The notes beneath the pieces are model-generated. The model was not told the origin of the DNA, did not search any database, and saw only the letters and a program-made list of their open reading frames with translations. DNA of 32,000 nt, taken from an uncultured Chloroflexia bacterium. Lineage in GTDB: Bacteria; Chloroflexota; Anaerolineae; Anaerolineales; Anaerolineaceae. How positions within the stretch are numbered: the first letter of the stretch is position 1; each line of letters begins with the position of its first letter. A program made the position numbers and the translations under genes. Positions 8,509-17,048 of the stretch are shown here, piece by piece. The stretch covers positions 3,900,001-3,932,000 of the forward strand of contig OY969938.1 of NCBI GenBank assembly GCA_963704755.1, written 5' to 3'.

Positions 8509-8523
8509 AGGAGAATCTTGGGG

Positions 8524-8585
8524 CTGCCCGGCTTTGTAGCCCGGCTTTGTAGCCCGGCTTTCGAAGCCGGGAATGCGCCGGGCAG
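8524..8585. repeat. REP-like cluster: three tandem GCCCGGCTTT units separated by GTA, plus two inverted GCCGGG copies
   Basis: CTGCCCGGCTTT GTA GCCCGGCTTT GTA GCCCGGCTTT CGAA GCCGGG AATGC GCCGGGCAG. Inner hairpin 8553-8560 / 8564-8571, outer stem 8524-8532 / 8577-8585. GTAG sits directly 5' of the palindrome. Confidence 0.8.
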
Positions 8586-8628
8586 GGAGAGCCTTGAGCT
8601 GCCGTGATGGTTTGTTTGGCCGGCGCTA

Positions 8629-8672
8629 AACCCCCATCCAAACCTTCCCCCATCAAGGGGGAAGGCTTTATG
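8629..8672 (-). repeat. Hairpin-plus-G-rich-tail element (family H), diverged copy
   Basis: Minus-strand reading CCTTCCCCC-TTGAT-GGGGGAAGG-TTTGGATGGGGG. Stem 8643-8651 / 8657-8665. Confidence 0.6.
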
Positions 8673-8699
8673 CTCTAGGCCGGGAAAGCGCCTTAAAAC

Positions 8700-8758
8700 T
8701 TGAGTTATACGAAAAAAGGCCCGGTGCGGAGCACCGGGCCTTTTTTCGTATAACTCAA
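8700..8758. terminator. Perfect palindrome G (28-bp arms), terminator of the BMP-type ABC operon
   Basis: TTGAGTTATACGAAAAAAGGCCCGGTGC GGA GCACCGGGCCTTTTTTCGTATAACTCAA. GC-rich core stem flanked by A6/T6 runs. Ends 4 nt from the stop codon at 8762. Confidence 0.8.
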
Positions 8759-8761
8759 TTG

Positions 8762-10030
8762 TTATTGATTTTCGTAGGGCTGCCCATCCGCGGCAGGGAC
8801 GCTGGCGCGCCCGACCACGCCGGCCAACACGATGATCGTTACAATATACGGGATCATCTGCAAAAATTGCGAGGGTATCGACAGGCTGAGGATTTGCATC
8901 TTCACCTGGAGCGAATCGGCGAAGCCAAAGATCACCGAGGAGGAAAAGGCCCCTACCGGCGTGTAATTGCCAAAAATCATGGCCGCCAGGCCGATAAAGC
9001 CTTTCCCGGCGGTCATATCCTGGTCGAAGCGGCCCACCGCACCAATGGTGAAATAGGCGCCGCCCAGGCCGGCGATCAACCCGCCGATGATGGTATTGAT
9101 GTAGCGAGTCAGGTACACATTCACGCCGACGGTGTCCGCTGCACGGGGATGTTCGCCAACGGCGCGGGTACGCAGTCCCCAGGGGGTGAAGAACAGCATG
9201 ATCTGCATGCCGATCACCAACAAGATCATCAAATAGACGATCAGGTTGTTCTCGAACAGCGCCGGTCCAATGATGGGAATTTTGGATAAAAGCGGGATGG
9301 TGATGGACGGAAAGGTGGCGGAGTTATTGAGCAAATCAATGTTTTGTTCGAGATATTTCTGTGAGATGAAGGTAGTGATGCCGGTGCCCAGAATATTGAC
9401 CGCGGTACCACTGATGATGTGATTGACTTTGTATTTGATACAAAGGACCGCGTGCAGGCCAGCGATCAGGCCACCGGTGAGGATGGCGACGACCAACCCG
9501 ACGAACAGGTTGTGGGTCAACGTGGACGCAACCACCGCGGTCTGGGCGGAGATCAGCATAATGCCCTCGATACCGATATTGATCACGGCCGAGCGCTCGC
9601 TGATAACCCCGCACAAGGCGGCCAGGGCAATTGGTGTGGCGCGCACCAGGGCAGTACTGATCATGCCTTCCAGGTTGAAAGACTTTCCGGCTGCGGCCCA
9701 GACCAGGAAAGAGGCGATGAAAGTGAAGGCCAGGACGCCAATCACCAGGCCCATGGAGCGGACGCCGCGGGCCAGTTGCCAGGCACCCAACCCGATCGTG
9801 ACCAGGGCCAGGACGTAGATGGAGGTCTGCGCGGGAACGATGATATTGGGAATCGTGATCGCCTCGGCGCTGGTCAAATTCATCCCAAACGTCGAGACCT
9901 GGTCCGCCGAAACACTTCTCCCGAAGACGAGGGCCATGAAAACTCCCACAACGATCAGTAAGATACCCCATATATATCGCCGGCGGGGGGTATTCTTGTA
10001 GATATTGATGAGCTGCGTATTATTTGCCAT
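8762..10030 (-). CDS. ABC transporter permease (BMP/nucleoside-simple sugar type, YufQ/NupQ-like)
   Basis: 422 aa polytopic membrane protein. GAGGGA RBS. Fourth gene of the SBP-ATPase-permease-permease operon. Confidence 0.85.
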   Translation of the reverse strand: MANNTQLINIYKNTPRRRYIWGILLIVVGVFMALVFGRSVSADQVSTFGMNLTSAEAITIPNIIVPAQTSIYVLALVTIGLGAWQLARGVRSMGLVIGVLAFTFIASFLVWAAAGKSFNLEGMISTALVRATPIALAALCGVISERSAVINIGIEGIMLISAQTAVVASTLTHNLFVGLVVAILTGGLIAGLHAVLCIKYKVNHIISGTAVNILGTGITTFISQKYLEQNIDLLNNSATFPSITIPLLSKIPIIGPALFENNLIVYLMILLVIGMQIMLFFTPWGLRTRAVGEHPRAADTVGVNVYLTRYINTIIGGLIAGLGGAYFTIGAVGRFDQDMTAGKGFIGLAAMIFGNYTPVGAFSSSVIFGFADSLQVKMQILSLSIPSQFLQMIPYIVTIIVLAGVVGRASVPAADGQPYENQ

Positions 10031-10042
10031 GAATCCCTCGGT

Positions 10043-11350
10043 TTATAGTTTTGTGCTTCCTGAAGTCGGGAGTTGATTGACGACCTCGGGATTTATGGAT
10101 GCGTCTTCTTTTTTGTTGGTGCGGATCCGGTAGATGGCCCGGATGATAGCGGGGGCGGCAACGAAAACGATCACCAAACCCTGGATGAACGAAATGATGC
10201 TGATAGGAATATTCGCCATCGACTGCATCCGGGTGGCGCCGCTGCTCAGTACACCAAACAAAATGGCCGCTAATACCACTCCTAATGGGTGACTGTTGCC
10301 CAGTAAGGCGACCGCGATGGAGTTGAAGCCGTAACCGGATGAATACCCTTGCGAAACCCAGTGATCCACACCCAGCACCTGAACCCCACCGGCCAGCCCG
10401 GCCAGGCCGCCGCTGATAAGCATCACAATGATGGTGTTGGCGACAATATTAATGCCGGCGTATTTAGCCGCATTGGGGTTGAAACCCACGGCCCGGATTT
10501 CGTAGCCAAGCGTAGTTTTGAAAAGCAGCCAATACACAAAAACCGCGATGGCCAGTGCAAGAAAAAAGCCCCAATTGAAGCGCAGTGGAGAGGGGAAAAA
10601 GTGTGGCAGCATGGCCGAGTCTTCGATCACCGGCGTCAACGGGCGGTACCCCGGCGCTTTCATGGGGCCGTTGAGCAGCCACTGGCTCAAAGCATAAGAG
10701 ATGTAGTTCATCATGATGGTGGTCACGACTTCGTGCGCACCGACGGTGGCTTTCAAAAGGCCGGGAATAAATGCCCACAAGGCGCCTCCCACGGCCCCGG
10801 CGACCAGCGCCAGGGGTAAATGGATGTACCAGGGCAGTCCAACGATGCTATAGCCGACGAAGGCGGATGCGAGCGCGCCCATCAAGAATTGGCCTTCGGC
10901 GCCGATATTGAACAGGCCGGCCACGAAACCAATCGCCAACGCCAGGCCGGCAATGATGTAGGGAGTCGAGGCAGTCAGGCTTTCGGTGATGGGGTAAATC
11001 GATTTGATCAGGGCGCTGCTATCGCCGGTGCTGAACCATTGGCGAAAACCGGCGATGATTGTGGCCGGGTCACCCAACGCGCCGACGAACAAGGAACCGT
11101 ACGCGGTAGCAATCGCGTTCCAACTGGCCGAAAGGGCCGTTCCGGGGTCTGTGAAAAAGTTTTTCCAGGCGGCCAGCACATCCACATTGGTGGCCATAAT
11201 AACGATTGCGCCAATCAGCAGGCCGGTCACGACGGCCAGGATGGGGATCAGGATGGTCTGCCCGGAGGAAAGTTTTCTCTTCCTGGCCGGCTTGGGTTGG
11301 GGCTCCGGCATGGGTATATTGGGGGTTACAGTTTCTGTTTGGCTGTTCAA
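10043..11350 (-). CDS. ABC transporter permease (BMP/nucleoside-simple sugar type, YufP/NupP-like)
   Basis: 435 aa polytopic membrane protein. TTG start with AGGAG 8 nt upstream, 11 nt after the ATPase stop. Confidence 0.85.
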   Translation of the reverse strand: MNSQTETVTPNIPMPEPQPKPARKRKLSSGQTILIPILAVVTGLLIGAIVIMATNVDVLAAWKNFFTDPGTALSASWNAIATAYGSLFVGALGDPATIIAGFRQWFSTGDSSALIKSIYPITESLTASTPYIIAGLALAIGFVAGLFNIGAEGQFLMGALASAFVGYSIVGLPWYIHLPLALVAGAVGGALWAFIPGLLKATVGAHEVVTTIMMNYISYALSQWLLNGPMKAPGYRPLTPVIEDSAMLPHFFPSPLRFNWGFFLALAIAVFVYWLLFKTTLGYEIRAVGFNPNAAKYAGINIVANTIIVMLISGGLAGLAGGVQVLGVDHWVSQGYSSGYGFNSIAVALLGNSHPLGVVLAAILFGVLSSGATRMQSMANIPISIISFIQGLVIVFVAAPAIIRAIYRIRTNKKEDASINPEVVNQLPTSGSTKL

Positions 11351-11361
11351 GGTGATTGCTC

Positions 11362-12933
11362 CTAAAACACGCGATCCACTTCAATTTCGGTTGTGTTCGG
11401 GGGCGTAGTCACGATGGCCTCCGAGGGCTTGACCCCAGCCATCAACAAGCCGAGGTATTCTCGATTGACGCCTACGGCAGGGACGATATCCGCAATTTGT
11501 CCCTTGTACATCACGGCAATGCGATCGGAAAGGGCAATAATCTCATCCAACTCGGGCGATACCAACAATACCGCCACCCCTTCGTCGCGTTTCTTGACAA
11601 TTTGGCTGTGAATGTACTCGATTGAGCCTACATCCAGGCCGCGGGTCGGTTGGGAAGCAATCAATAATTTGGTTGGGCGCGAGAGCTCACGCGCAATAAT
11701 GATTTTCTGCTGGTTTCCCCCTGAAAGCGTAGACGTAATCACATCGATGCCGGCTGTGCGGATGTCGAACTGCTTGACCAGTTGTTCGGCGGTGGTGTTG
11801 ATCGTCTGCTGCTGCAAGACCATGCCATGGGCAAATGGCTCTAAATAATAAGTGCACAGTACCAGGTTGTCGTGCACGGCGAAAGGCAGTACCAGCCCGT
11901 GTTTCTGGCGGTCCTCCGGGATATGTCCCACGCCGGCTTCGAGAATATGGCGCACCGAGGCGTGACCAATTTCTTTGTTCGCGATGGTGATGCTGCCCTG
12001 GGCGGCATGCGCCAGGCCGGTGAGGGCGTAGACCAGCTCGGTTTGCCCGTTGCCCTGTACGCCGGCCAGACCCAAGATTTCACCTTCGCGGACATCGAAG
12101 GTGACTCCTTGCACGATCATCTCTTTGTTCTCGTCCTGGACGTAAAGGTCCTTGACTTCCAGAACGACATCCTTGGGTGTGGCAAGTTTCTTCTTGACGG
12201 CCAGGTTCACTTCGCGGCCTACCATCATCGAGGCCAGTTGCTGTTGGGTCGTCTCGGCGGGTACCACGGTGCCCACCACCCGGCCGCCGCGCAGCACGGT
12301 GATGTGGTCGGCCAGCGCCAGCACTTCTTTTAGCTTGTGGGTGATAAAAATAATCGATTTGCCATTGGCTACCAGTGTCCGCAGGACTTTGAACAGGCTT
12401 TCGACTTCCTGAGGGGTCAGTACGGCAGTCGGTTCATCGAGGATCAAGGTTTCCGGTTGGCGATAGAGCACTTTGATGATTTCCACCCGCTGCTGGGTCC
12501 CGACGGGTAAATCCTTGATGTATGAATCCGGATCAACTTCAAGACCGTACTTCTCGGATATATCCTGGATTTGTTTTTTTACCAGCGCTTTATCCAGGAA
12601 GAGCTTATAACGGGTCGGTTCTATGCCAAGCATTACGTTTTCCGTAACGGTCATGACCGGCACCAACATAAAGTGCTGATGGACCATACCAATTCCCAGA
12701 CGGATGGCGTCATTAGGCCCTTCGATATCGACTACTTGATCTTTGATCAGGATTTGACCCTCATCCGGCTTGTGTAAACCGTACAGGATGTTCATGAGGG
12801 TGGTTTTCCCTGCGCCATTTTCGCCTAAAAGGGCCAGGATTTCGCCTTTTTGCAGCGACAGGTCAATATGATCGTTTGCAACAACACCTGGGAATGCTTT
12901 GGTAATGCCTTTTAATTCAAGCACGTTGGACAT
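11362..12933 (-). CDS. ABC transporter ATP-binding protein with duplicated ATPase domains (sugar/nucleoside import type)
   Basis: Two Walker A sites (GENGAGKTT, GVQGNGQTE), two signature motifs (LPVGTQQRVEI, LSGGNQQKIII), Walker B LILDEP. I prefer ATG 12933 (MSNVLELKGITKAF, GGGAGAG RBS) over the track's GTG at 13026. Confidence 0.9.
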   Translation of the reverse strand: MSNVLELKGITKAFPGVVANDHIDLSLQKGEILALLGENGAGKTTLMNILYGLHKPDEGQILIKDQVVDIEGPNDAIRLGIGMVHQHFMLVPVMTVTENVMLGIEPTRYKLFLDKALVKKQIQDISEKYGLEVDPDSYIKDLPVGTQQRVEIIKVLYRQPETLILDEPTAVLTPQEVESLFKVLRTLVANGKSIIFITHKLKEVLALADHITVLRGGRVVGTVVPAETTQQQLASMMVGREVNLAVKKKLATPKDVVLEVKDLYVQDENKEMIVQGVTFDVREGEILGLAGVQGNGQTELVYALTGLAHAAQGSITIANKEIGHASVRHILEAGVGHIPEDRQKHGLVLPFAVHDNLVLCTYYLEPFAHGMVLQQQTINTTAEQLVKQFDIRTAGIDVITSTLSGGNQQKIIIARELSRPTKLLIASQPTRGLDVGSIEYIHSQIVKKRDEGVAVLLVSPELDEIIALSDRIAVMYKGQIADIVPAVGVNREYLGLLMAGVKPSEAIVTTPPNTTEIEVDRVF

Positions 12934-13042
12934 AGGACTCTCCCAAAACAAAAAGCAGTTACTGGCTATTGTATCAAAAAAAAGGTAACTGCCTGCGCTA
13001 AATGGAAAAGGTTCTTTGGAAATCACCGGGATGGGTTGTGTA

Positions 13043-13085
13043 TATGGGGTTTATTCGTGCGCTTCGCGCTCGAATAAACCCCATA
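13043..13085. repeat. Palindrome D (20-bp arms, one mismatch, centre GCGCTTCGCGC, the reverse complement of GCGCGAAGCGC)
   Basis: TATGGGGTTTATTCGTGCGC TTC GCGCTCGAATAAACCCCATA, inside the operon between the SBP and ATPase genes. Confidence 0.8.
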
Positions 13086-13180
13086 GATAACTTCTTCCAC
13101 GGTAGATCCCAGAGACTTCTGCATAAGAATAAATCGTTACTCAATATCCTAGAAGGCAGGGTGTTTCGACCCTTTAAAGA

Positions 13181-13207
13181 AGAGGACCGGGAAACTCCCG
13201 GTCCTCT
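13181..13207 (-). terminator. Intra-operon stem-loop/partial terminator after the SBP gene
   Basis: AGAGGACCGGG-AAACT-CCCGGTCCTCT (11-bp stem) with T-rich flanks on both strands, 21 nt downstream of the SBP stop. Confidence 0.6.
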
Positions 13208-13227
13208 TTTCTTGCAATCACAAAGTC

Positions 13228-14451
13228 CTAGTTGCCAGACAACACGCCGTCAACCGTGATCGCGCCGCTGACCAAGTCAGCCTTGACCTGGGCAAGATCG
13301 GTCTTCAGGGTATCCGGTACCTTGCTGTCGAAATCATGGAACGGAGCCAGATCGACACCGCCATCGACGATGGTGGAGTTCAGCGTACCACCCTTGAAGC
13401 TGCCATCCATTACGGATTTGATCACGTTGTACACGGCAACGTTGATTTTCTTCATAACGGAGGTCAGTTCGACCGAGTTGTACTCAGGAGCCAATTCGTA
13501 CCAGTCCTGGTCCACGCCGATGATCAAGCAGGTGCTGGTTTCCTGGCAGTAAGCCGCGGAACCCAGGCCCACCGGGCCGGCGACGGGCATGATGATGTCG
13601 GCGCCTTCCTGCTGCAGGGATTCGGCGGTCTTGTGGCCATCATCGGTCGAGTCGAAGTTGTTGACGAATACACCGGTCTGAGCGGCGTCATCCCAGCCAA
13701 GGACCTTTACGCTGGTGCCGTTCTTCTGGTTGTAATACTTCACGCCAGCTTCGTAACCTTTCATGAAGATGGTGACGGTGGGGATTTGCAGACCACCAAA
13801 GGTACCCACGATACCGGTCTTGGTCATGCCGGCGGCGACGTAGCCGGCCAGGAAAGCGGCCTGGTCGGTCTGGAAGGTCAAGCCAACTACGTTGGGCATT
13901 TCGGTTGCGGAACCGCAATCTTTACCTTCGGTCTGGCCTTCGGCGCAATCGGGGTAGGTATAGTCCACAATGGCGAATTTCGAATCGGGGTTGTTCTTTG
14001 CGGCGGTGGCTGTATCGACGCCCAGCAAGAACCCGACGGTGACGATCAAGTCAGCTTTTTCGTCCAGGAATTCCTGGATATTCTTGGCGTAATCGGATTG
14101 TTGGGTCGATTCCAGGTATTTGCCATTGATGCCCAGGTCCGTAATGGCCTGTTGCACACCTAACCATCCACTGGCGTTGAATGATTTGTCATCGATACCG
14201 CCCAGGTCGGTTACTTCACCGACCAGCAGTTGGGGAGTGGAGCCAGAGGTTACGGTAGTCGCGGCGGGGGCTTCCGTGGCCATAGGCGCTTCGGTTGTGG
14301 CAGCAGGAGCTTCGGTTGCTACAGGGGCAGAAGTGGCTGGCACTTCGGTCGCTGCAGGGGCTGCAGTGGTCGCTGCGGGTGAGGCGCAAGAGCTCATGAC
14401 CATGCTGGCCAGGATCAGGACAGCTACAACAAAGTAGATCTTTTTGGACAT
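13228..14451 (-). CDS. BMP-family (PnrA/Med-like) ABC substrate-binding lipoprotein
   Basis: 407 aa. Signal peptide with lipobox (VMSSC), Ala/Thr/Pro/Glu low-complexity linker (ATEAPAATT repeats), then a BMP-type periplasmic binding fold (DKSFN, IVDY, GVDQDW). GAGGAG RBS. Confidence 0.9.
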   Translation of the reverse strand: MSKKIYFVVAVLILASMVMSSCASPAATTAAPAATEVPATSAPVATEAPAATTEAPMATEAPAATTVTSGSTPQLLVGEVTDLGGIDDKSFNASGWLGVQQAITDLGINGKYLESTQQSDYAKNIQEFLDEKADLIVTVGFLLGVDTATAAKNNPDSKFAIVDYTYPDCAEGQTEGKDCGSATEMPNVVGLTFQTDQAAFLAGYVAAGMTKTGIVGTFGGLQIPTVTIFMKGYEAGVKYYNQKNGTSVKVLGWDDAAQTGVFVNNFDSTDDGHKTAESLQQEGADIIMPVAGPVGLGSAAYCQETSTCLIIGVDQDWYELAPEYNSVELTSVMKKINVAVYNVIKSVMDGSFKGGTLNSTIVDGGVDLAPFHDFDSKVPDTLKTDLAQVKADLVSGAITVDGVLSGN

Positions 14452-14502
14452 ACGGGTTTCTCCTCTTCTTACAGAGATTGAAAAATAAGGGAACTCTTAC
14501 CG

Positions 14503-14516
14503 GGCTCAATTGAGCC
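14503..14516. promoter_or_regulatory. 14-bp perfect palindrome GGCTCAATTGAGCC in the 5' leader of the BMP operon (candidate operator)
   Basis: Read directly. Lies about 8-21 nt downstream of the predicted transcription start. Confidence 0.3.
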
Positions 14517-14529
14517 GGTTCGTTATCCA

Positions 14530-14558
14530 AGTATATAATGGTTTGGATTGGCGGACAA
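14530..14558 (-). promoter_or_regulatory. Promoter of the BMP-type ABC operon
   Basis: Minus strand: TTGTCC (14558..14553), 17 nt, TATACT (14535..14530). Confidence 0.45.
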
Positions 14559-14597
14559 GGAGTATCTTGGGAGCCAGTTTTCTCGAAGTATATCGGG

Positions 14598-14637
14598 TAA
14601 ATAAACAGCACCTGTTCCGTGTATAGAACAGGTGCTG
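14598..14637 (-). terminator. Rho-independent terminator after the MFS gene
   Basis: 12-bp stem CAGCACCTGTTC / GAACAGGTGCTG (14606-14617 / 14626-14637), followed on the minus strand by TTTATTT. Confidence 0.7.
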
Positions 14638-14674
14638 ACAAAGTCGCAGGAAAAGCAGTTTTTATGAGTAAAGG

Positions 14675-15946
14675 CTAGAAGCTGGGGGGTTCTGGCAGGT
14701 TTTTGGCTTCACCGCGTTTGACACCGGCCATCATCACCAGGGCGACGACCATAAAGACCGGCCCGGTGACCATAATGTTGGCGTAATTCGAGCCGCTAAA
14801 CTGGACGATCAGCCCGTTCAAATTGGGGCCAATAATCGCGGCCATGGTCGAGAACAGGTAGTACAGCCCGGTGTACGTGCCAATGTGCAGGTCATCGGTC
14901 ATATCCACAACCATCGGCAGTGAGTTGATGTTGATCAGGGCCCAAAAGACGCCGGCCAGCATCAAGACCACCCCGACCACCGGCATAGCGCCCAGGATGG
15001 GCAGGCTGGTCAACACCTGGGTCAGAGTAGCGACCGGGGAGATGAACATCGCCAGCATACACAGGCTCAACCCGACGATGCCGATAAGGATCGTCACACG
15101 CCGGCCAATGCGGGCGCCGATGTAGCCGGCCGGCAGGGCCATCAATACGAACAGCAGGGAGAGCTGTCCCAGCAGGCGGGAGCCATCCGAGGCTTTCAGC
15201 CCCAGGTGGTTCTGCGCGTACAGGGTGAAGAAGGCCTCAATCGCATTGTAGGCGATAAACCAGAAGAAGATGGCCAGCAGGACGCGCAGGGGCGATTTTT
15301 CTTCATCCTGGACAACTTTTTTCAAGCTGACCCACAGGTTGGGATCGGTCTGATCGGTCACCTCGAAAGATTTCGGTTCGCGGATGAAAGCGAAGACCAG
15401 CAGGGAGGACAGGATCACCAGCCCGGAACCCAACCAGAAGGGGTAAGCCTGGTTGATGTCGTACAGTTTGGCCCCATACAGGAAAGCGATGATGGCTCCG
15501 ACCCCGCCCATAAAGTTGATGATCCCATTGGCCTGGGAGCGGTATTTCGAGGGGGTGATATCGGGCATGAGAGCCACGACCGGCGTACGCCAGAGGGCCA
15601 TGCTGAGCAGCAGGGTGCTGGTGCAGGCCACAAACAAAGGTAAAACCGACTGCTGGGGGATCAACCCGAAAGCCACTGCGCCGATTGGCGCGCCGATTAA
15701 TATGAAGGGCATGCGCCGGCCGATAGGTGTACGCAGCCGGTCGGACCAGGCGCCGATCGGCGGCTGGATGAGCAAAGCCGCGATGTTATCCAGGGTCATG
15801 AAAAAGCCGATCCAGGCCGGGGCCAGGTTGAATTTATTAGCCAGGAAGATCGGCACAAAAGCGTTGTACACACTCCAAATGACACTGACGCCAAAAAAAC
15901 CGAAGCCGAGCAAGAAAGTTTTTCCGATGCTATACCGAGTGGTCAT
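14675..15946 (-). CDS. MFS transporter, GPH/SLC45-like (glycoside-type cation symporter)
   Basis: 12 predicted TM helices. Motif SDRLRTPIGRRMPFILIG is typical of the GPH/sucrose-transporter-like clade. I prefer ATG 15946 (GAGGAG 5 nt upstream) over the track's TTG at 15988. Confidence 0.8.
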   Translation of the reverse strand: MTTRYSIGKTFLLGFGFFGVSVIWSVYNAFVPIFLANKFNLAPAWIGFFMTLDNIAALLIQPPIGAWSDRLRTPIGRRMPFILIGAPIGAVAFGLIPQQSVLPLFVACTSTLLLSMALWRTPVVALMPDITPSKYRSQANGIINFMGGVGAIIAFLYGAKLYDINQAYPFWLGSGLVILSSLLVFAFIREPKSFEVTDQTDPNLWVSLKKVVQDEEKSPLRVLLAIFFWFIAYNAIEAFFTLYAQNHLGLKASDGSRLLGQLSLLFVLMALPAGYIGARIGRRVTILIGIVGLSLCMLAMFISPVATLTQVLTSLPILGAMPVVGVVLMLAGVFWALININSLPMVVDMTDDLHIGTYTGLYYLFSTMAAIIGPNLNGLIVQFSGSNYANIMVTGPVFMVVALVMMAGVKRGEAKNLPEPPSF

Positions 15947-15984
15947 GGTTGCTCCTCGTGGGCGAGATGGGCAAAGCTGGTGGG

Positions 15985-16779
15985 TCAATTCTCTTCAGGG
16001 GGTGCCTGATGAGGGGTATCTTTAGTTGTAGAGGGGTCTTGAGGGGGTTCTTCTGGCTGTTGCAGACCGGCCAAATAGCGCCGGTCCTGGGGGGTCAGCT
16101 CAAAATGATCGAGCAGGTCTGGCCGCCGGCGCAGGGTGCGCTGCAGGGATTGCTGGCGGCGCCAGCGGGCGATCTCGGCGTGGTTGCCGGAGAGCAATAC
16201 GTCCGGGACACGCCAACCGCGGAACTCGGCCGGGCGGGTGTAGTGCGGGTATTCGAGCAGGCCGGAGGCAAACGAATCGTCCTCAGCGCCATCCGGATCG
16301 CCCAACGCGCCTGGGATCAGGCGGGTGAGGCTGTCGATCAGAATCATAGCCGGGATCTCGCCGCCGGTGATGACGTAGTCGCCGATGGAGATCTCGTCGG
16401 TCACCAGATTCTGGCGGACGCGCTCGTCCACACCTTCGTAGCGCCCGCACATCAGTCCGATGCGGGGATGTTGACTCAGCTCGCGGGCGATATTTTGCGT
16501 ATAGGTACGCCCCTGGGGTGTGAGCAAGATCAAGGGACACGCCGGCGGGCTGCCCAGTACGGATTCGACGGCCGCAAAGATCGGGTCGGGTTTCATCACC
16601 ATCCCACCGCCGCCGCCGAAAGGCGGCTCGTCGGTGATGTGGTGCTTGTCGGTGGCCCAGGCACGGATGTCGTGCAGGCGGACTTCTAACAATCCATTCT
16701 GGATGGCCCGTTGGAGGATGCTGGCTTCGAGATAGGGTTGGATGATGCCGGGAAATAAGGTAAAAACGTCGAACTGCAT
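15985..16779 (-). CDS. trmD: tRNA (guanine37-N1)-methyltransferase
   Basis: [13 protein letters not shown]..., [34 protein letters not shown] are hallmark TrmD motifs. 264 aa with a Pro/Glu-rich C-terminal tail. Confidence 0.95.
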   Translation of the reverse strand: MQFDVFTLFPGIIQPYLEASILQRAIQNGLLEVRLHDIRAWATDKHHITDEPPFGGGGGMVMKPDPIFAAVESVLGSPPACPLILLTPQGRTYTQNIARELSQHPRIGLMCGRYEGVDERVRQNLVTDEISIGDYVITGGEIPAMILIDSLTRLIPGALGDPDGAEDDSFASGLLEYPHYTRPAEFRGWRVPDVLLSGNHAEIARWRRQQSLQRTLRRRPDLLDHFELTPQDRRYLAGLQQPEEPPQDPSTTKDTPHQAPPEEN

Positions 16780-16785
16780 GGGTTG

Positions 16786-16814
16786 ATTCTAGCCGCAAGG
16801 GTACCGGCTGGCAA
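16786..16814 (-). promoter_or_regulatory. trmD promoter with leaderless geometry
   Basis: Minus strand: TTGCCA (16814..16809), 17 nt, TAGAAT (16791..16786), 6 nt (CAACCC), ATG (16779). No Shine-Dalgarno. Confidence 0.55.
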
Positions 16815-17048
16815 GGCGGATCGAGCGGTTAATCAAACTATTAACCTGATTGTTGAAAAAGGAAACTTGTGATCATGGGATGGTCAGGCTAACACTGGTT
16901 TATTGTTCTTGAAATTATTGTTGGTTTAACAGCAAAATAAGATTAATTTTATATTAATAATAAACGTAGGTAACTGAAATTTAGTTTTTCCATAACATCA
17001 TTGTAGAAAATCATTGATTCAAGGTGTCGCAGTTTTTGGGGAGGGAAA

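Noticed and set aside
8524-8562. Possible CRISPR array (tandem GCCCGGCTTTGTA units)
   Set aside because: There are only about 3 units of 13 nt with no spacers between them, and no cas genes. This is a REP-like tandem, not a CRISPR.
13002-13259. 85-codon plus ORF in the SBP-ATPase spacer
   Set aside because: It is a translation of palindrome D and the intra-operon hairpin, and it overlaps the SBP 3' end antisense.
16838-16857. Short inverted repeat GGTTAAT-CAAACT-ATTAACC upstream of the trmD promoter
   Set aside because: It has only 7-bp A/T-rich arms in an A/T-rich region, which is likely to occur by chance. There is no supporting second copy.
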